Positions 51,701 to 56,187 of a stretch of 56,187 nucleotides of DNA are shown piece after piece. Location of the stretch: assembly GCA_000934665.2 (NCBI GenBank), contig JYFJ02002479.1, positions 1-56,187 of the forward strand, given 5' to 3'. Source of the DNA: Catajapyx aquilonaris. Taxonomy: Eukaryota. The translations under genes and the position numbers were made by a program. Each line of letters opens with the position of its first letter. Positions within the stretch are counted from its first letter, which is position 1. The notes beneath the pieces were generated by a model. That model was not told the origin of the DNA, made no database searches, and saw only the letters and a list, made by a program, of their open reading frames with translations.

Positions 51701-54700
51701 CTTTCAAACTGATGAGATTGGTCGAAAAAATTGAGTGTCATTTTTTAAATTTTTATCGAAATTAAGGTAAGGCTGCATGGACATCTTATAGTTAGCCCAT
51801 GTCAAGGTCATGCCTTACTACCTGCAGTTCCGGTGTCAGCCGCACTGAACCGTCACGGTCGTGTAAAGGCGTCAATTTCACTGTACACTGTTCCTACACC
51901 AGATAAGGTCTGGTGGCAATCAACTTTACGCTGGTTGCGTCTTGAACGACAGGTAAAAACAACCCTTTGGTGGAAGGTTCGCTTTCTTCAGGTATATAGA
52001 GGCCTGTTTGAAGAAAATGTCCGTGGGAACAACGAACCGAAGGTGAAAACACTTCGTGACCTTCGCTCAGAAGTGGAGGATGGCATTTTGCGGACACTGC
52101 CTTTCCTCCCCCACCACAGTCCTTACCTCCCCACCATGCCCAACAACAGGTGATGATGAGTGGACTAAACAAGTCATCACGAAAGATGGCAATCAAATTA
52201 ATGGCGACTGCACAGCAATTCATAACGATGGGGGCGCTATTCGTGGAGTTTCCAGCAGAGTGCAAGCGTGATGAAACCTCCATAAGGAAGTCCGTATTTT
52301 TTATGCCATGCCAGGGTGTATTAAAAGTCACTTTAACATAATACAAAATAATCATGCATCCAATATGCTGCTGTACTTCCTACATCAAGAGCCACCATCA
52401 CTCTAACAATCGAAAGGCACGAAGAGCGATATTTCTATACTATTCATTAACAATATTACATAATTATTCACTCACTGCCATTTTCAGCGGGTTGGTGGAC
52501 TACTTGATGTCTCTAGAATTTTACGCGACATTACTGTGTTCATCATTAGTTACAAAAATTTACATACATCCAGTACAAAACTTTTCAACAGCGAGTCCTG
52601 TTGTGCCTGGCAGCGGGGGTCCAGCTTAGCATCAACTTTGGTCCTAATCTCCCCCAATGCGCTGTTTGGCTCTGCACAGCCCGTGATGTACCTAGTACAT
52701 TTGATCTAAACATTTACGTAGCAAAGCAAGGGCCACATTTGCCCACCATGGAGCAATAATGACTGCCTAATATAATATTACCTCTATGGCTCTATGCAAA
52801 TAGACACAGTGGCAGTCAACAGAAGGTGCGTCGATAAAGTAACTATTGCAGACCTATGGCTGCTGTTTTGTGTATCCTTTGGTTCGCATAACATCTGAGG
52901 GCATGATCAATAAATAAAGTACTCGCCCACGTCCCATACGTTGTTTTCGTCCCTCCTTCAAGTTGTTTTAGATGTAGCGCCATACAATAGCAGCATTCAC
53001 ATTATTCCCTTCTGTCGTAACATATACCATTTACAATTCCGGTGCTCTAATCCTCCAGCATCCCAGTTCAACAACACATTTATATATAGCATGAGCTGCA
53101 GGAATCATTGTACCCGGTGATTATAGGACGTACAGTACTGTTCACAGGCCAAGCATTGCAGAAGGCAGTTCTTAACTTTTGGCTCGACTATAGTTCAGGT
53201 TCGCCCTACTTTCCAGGTAGCAGCTGGGCGTCGTCCAACAATCTGTTAAGCAAAAATAAGGAGGGTGTTAGTAGCCACGGGGGGCGTAGCTCACATGGTA
53301 GAGCGCTCGCTTAGCATGCGAGAGGTACCGGGATCGATACCCGGCGCCTCCAATTATTTATTTATTTATTTAAATACTATTTAAATATTAATTAATTTGC
53401 AAAATATTTACTCATTTTTCCACCGAATGAAGGATGCATCGAGGATGGCACCGTGTATGCCGAGGGCTCGGCCATGATGTCCTCCCGCATATGCCAGCAC
53501 TGCTTCTGCATTCGAGGCAGAAGAGAATGTGTGAAGCCCAAGTGCCTGCTGCCTCTCCCTGGATGCACACCACGTTACAGGGACTTCAGCTGCTGCCCAA
53601 CCCACTACGACTGCAGTGAGAATTTTTTATGCTTTGTCAAATAACCCTCCCAAATTTTTTCCTCTTCAAAACTTGGCTGAACGTGCGTATCTACTCAATC
53701 GCCACAGATATGCACCATGAATCGTGCCTGAAAAGGGTGATGACTTTAAAGGATTACCCTCGATGTGTGAAGAACATTGGTGCTGTAATTAATTTTCTTA
53801 TTACGTGCCTGCACTATTAACAATACCATGACCATACATTTTTTTTTTTTTGTACAATAGCATATTCCATACACCAGAGCGCCTCCTTTCGCAAGCGTGA
53901 TCTTTCAATGAAGGGATCAAAAACAATGCAGCTCGTGAGAATTGGCGCCTGCAGAAAAGGGTGCCGACTGAACTGTTTCTTCTCATTCGCACATCAGAGA
54001 GCATAGTAATTAACAGGGCGACGTAATCATCCCGGAATAAATAATTGTTGCGCTGGGTGCTCTACATTATACCTGGCAAAATTGCGTGCTGACACTGCAC
54101 CTGCGAGCCCCGCTACGTTAATGAATTAATTGCACCTTATTATTGTTTTTAGAAAGAGCTGTATCCGTGTTTGTTTCCCTACTTCCAGAGAGCGCGACAG
54201 AAAGTAGCACCACGACCACTGCCCCGCAGGTTACGACTTTTGTGGGTAAGCATAGCCATTCAACTTTATTACTACGGTTCCAATCTAGGCCGAACTCAAA
54301 CTTTTGGAGCTAAATTGTTAAATTATTATTGACGACAGATGGAGCCAATTATTGACAGAACTTTTCCCTCGCTCATTTGTATTGGACTCTAATGGACACA
54401 TTCAATAATGCAGAATCTGGGACGAAAAATCTGCAGGAACTTCCAGCCATAAGTGTACAAAAAAAAATTATCGCCCTATAATTTGAATAAGAAAAAATTG
54501 ACACAATTATCAACAGTTTAACATCTATAATATTAAAATCCTTCTGATTGGCCCAGCACCTTATTGTTACCGCGACTGCTTCCTATTGGCCCGCGTTCTA
54601 CGCATGCGCAATGGGTGGGGACCTCCTCAGTCGTTTGCTGGAAGACGTCGAGTGCACATCCCCTCTCCCGCTTTCTGTGCCTGCGCCACAGAAAAATGCG

Positions 54701-55063
54701 AGCGTAGCGAGGGTTTTTCTAGTATACTACTACTAACATAATCTGGACATGTCCTACATATTATATATTATTTATATTGATAGCTGACTGCTGTTACTAT
54801 AAAATATTTTCGGCATAGTGGACCGCCCCATACGGAGATCTTTGTCTGAGATACACATTGAAACGACTGTGTTTCAGGCTGCACAGTCAACGACAGGTTC
54901 TACGAAGAGGGCGAATCGGTACCAGGGTTGGGCCAGAAATGCGAGCAGTGCTTCTGTATGGGAGGCAAAGTTCGATGTGCTCCGATGTCCTGCGCGCCCA
55001 AACTGGACGGTTGCATCCCCTTGGTGCATCCAGGGCACTGCTGTCCCAACGAGTACATCTGCA
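39794..55063 (+). CDS. Secreted multi-VWC-domain protein, 3' partial (continues past the window). Exons 39794-39875, 48472-48663, 50244-50339, 53433-53615, 54189-54245, 54878-55063
   Basis: Signal-peptide exon (MTSRVVLLTATVIGGLAAVVVG). Three 10-Cys VWC exons (GCFYGDKTY..CCPQLIC; GCIEDGTVYAEGSAM..CCPTHYDC; GCTVNDRFY..CCPNEYIC) alternate with short linker exons. Every intron is GT-AG and phase 1, and internal exon lengths are multiples of 3 (192, 96, 183, 57, 186). The link from exon 1 across the 8.6-kb intron is inferred. Confidence 0.85.
40989..41041. repeat. 22-bp tandem duplication (2.4 copies)
   Basis: ttcaaaatttggcggttccatc twice, then ttcaaaatt. Confidence 0.9.
49479..49551 (-). tRNA. 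tRNA-Ala, anticodon AGC; intronic, antisense to the host gene
   Basis: 73-nt cloverleaf: GGGGGCG/CGCCTCC acceptor stem with the G3:U70 alanine identity pair, CTCGC-TTAGCAT-GCGAG anticodon arm, CCGGG-ATCGATA-CCCGG T arm. A T-run terminator follows (plus-strand aaaagaaaaa at 49461-49470). Confidence 0.95.
53280..53352 (+). tRNA. tRNA-Ala, anticodon AGC; intronic, sense to the host gene
   Basis: Identical (73/73) to the reverse complement of 49479-49551, with the same cloverleaf. Confidence 0.95.
54524..54722 (+). mobile_element. Probable non-autonomous mini-Helitron (199 bp)
   Basis: Begins A|TCTATAATATTAAAAT and ends in a GC-rich imperfect hairpin (gcgagcgtagcgaggg) then CTAG|T, with no TSD. 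These are canonical Helitron termini. A related 5' segment occurs at ~18899-18970. Confidence 0.55.
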
Positions 55064-55753
55064 GTAAGTAGCCGTTTATGCCAGTCCACAACTGCGGTGG
55101 ACACCTCCAATTAGCGGCACCCACGAGGCATGAACCAGACTCATGCCCACCTGGCCAAGCTACAACACATGCAAAAAAAAACGACACTATACACCAAACC
55201 GGGCGTAATGAATAAGTACGAGGACTTGTGAATGAGAGAACCAGTAGGCCTCATTGGGAGCAGACAACTTAACTGTTGATAGGTCACTTTATCACAAAAA
55301 AGTTGTCTGAAAACGGCAGGGTTACGCGCCTTGTGTTACTTGTGGGTTGGGTTTGATTCAAGTCACGTTGACATGGTGGAATAGAGTAGACTCGGTATAA
55401 AAGGACCGTGTTTGCACGCCTCGGGAGGGACGTGTCGGACGCTTGCATTCACATGCTTCGGTCGGAAATGTTGGGTCAGTCCACCGTAATGGGTGACATG
55501 TAAATAACATTGCTTGAATCAGAATAAAAAAAGGGAAGTGGCCGGCTTTCATACTCCCAAAATGCATTAAGTTGTTCAACATCACGTACTAGGTGAAATA
55601 ACTGGGCTGTTCACTGTTGCCTAACGTGGGTGTTGAAATAGTGTAATAGCTTCAATCAGGACGAATGGACCAGGCGTACTGTACTACATGTGGTACTTGC
55701 ATTTGCAATTTAAAAATATAAAAGGCAGGGTTGATCAACACTTTAGCAAGGTA

Positions 55754-55978
55754 CAGTGTTGGACATTAATCGCGTCATACTGCTAGCGACATTTTCCGAT
55801 GCGGGAGATGTGCAAATCTAAGTGATAGAGTGCGAGAAAGAAATGATAGGCCTTGGGTGACGTCACTCAAGGCCTACCTCTTCTGATTCGCACGGATCGC
55901 ACGCTATCACTTCGATTTGCATGCCTGCCGCATCGAAAAATGTCGCTAGCAGTATGACGCGATTAATGTCCAACACTG
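55754..55978. mobile_element. Fold-back MITE, Tc1/mariner type (225 bp)
   Basis: 42-bp perfect terminal inverted repeats starting CAGTGTTGGACATTAAT and extending imperfectly to ~80 bp. TA on both flanks. Central 30-bp near-palindrome at 55847-55876. Confidence 0.85.
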
Positions 55979-56187
55979 TACTGTGTTCTTTCCTAACCTC
56001 CACCTTGCTATACTGCTGATAAAATCATCGGGGTTTATTTACATAAGCCCTCCATCTAAATTCCAACCAGATTCAACTCGGAATGTTCCAAATTCCCAAA
56101 TCCACACCCGGTCTGTTCAACCCTCTTTTCCCGCAGTTTCCCAAACATTTTCGATCCATCAACCTCCACTTAGAAGAAGCAGCCCAG

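Noticed and set aside
49479..53352. tRNAs as integration-site repeats or tRNA-derived SINEs
   Set aside because: They are inverted and not direct repeats, there is no integrase, identity stops at the tRNA boundaries, and there is no shared body or tail.

Overview
Eukaryotic genomic DNA, probably arthropod (inferred from the tRNA sequence, gene content and short GT-AG introns); it is not prokaryotic. Four spliced protein genes could be built by hand with consistent intron phases. (1) ALKBH2 on the minus strand, 4 coding exons, 256 aa. (2) A secreted ~1870-aa protein with two von Willebrand factor type C (VWC) domains followed by a 5-kb exon of acidic Pro/Glu-rich repeats. (3) A 97-aa secreted protein with a TATA promoter. 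(4) A second secreted multi-VWC gene that runs off the window end. Gene 4 hosts two identical tRNA-Ala(AGC) genes in inverted orientation that bracket a frame-neutral 96-nt exon, plus a probable mini-Helitron and a fold-back Tc1/mariner-type MITE. Also present: a likely P-superfamily excision footprint, an AT-rich simple-repeat tract, and orphan exon-like segments on the minus strand at 0.45-5.9 kb. Most short ORFs in the supplied track are noise. Homologue comparisons are from memory and were not searched.
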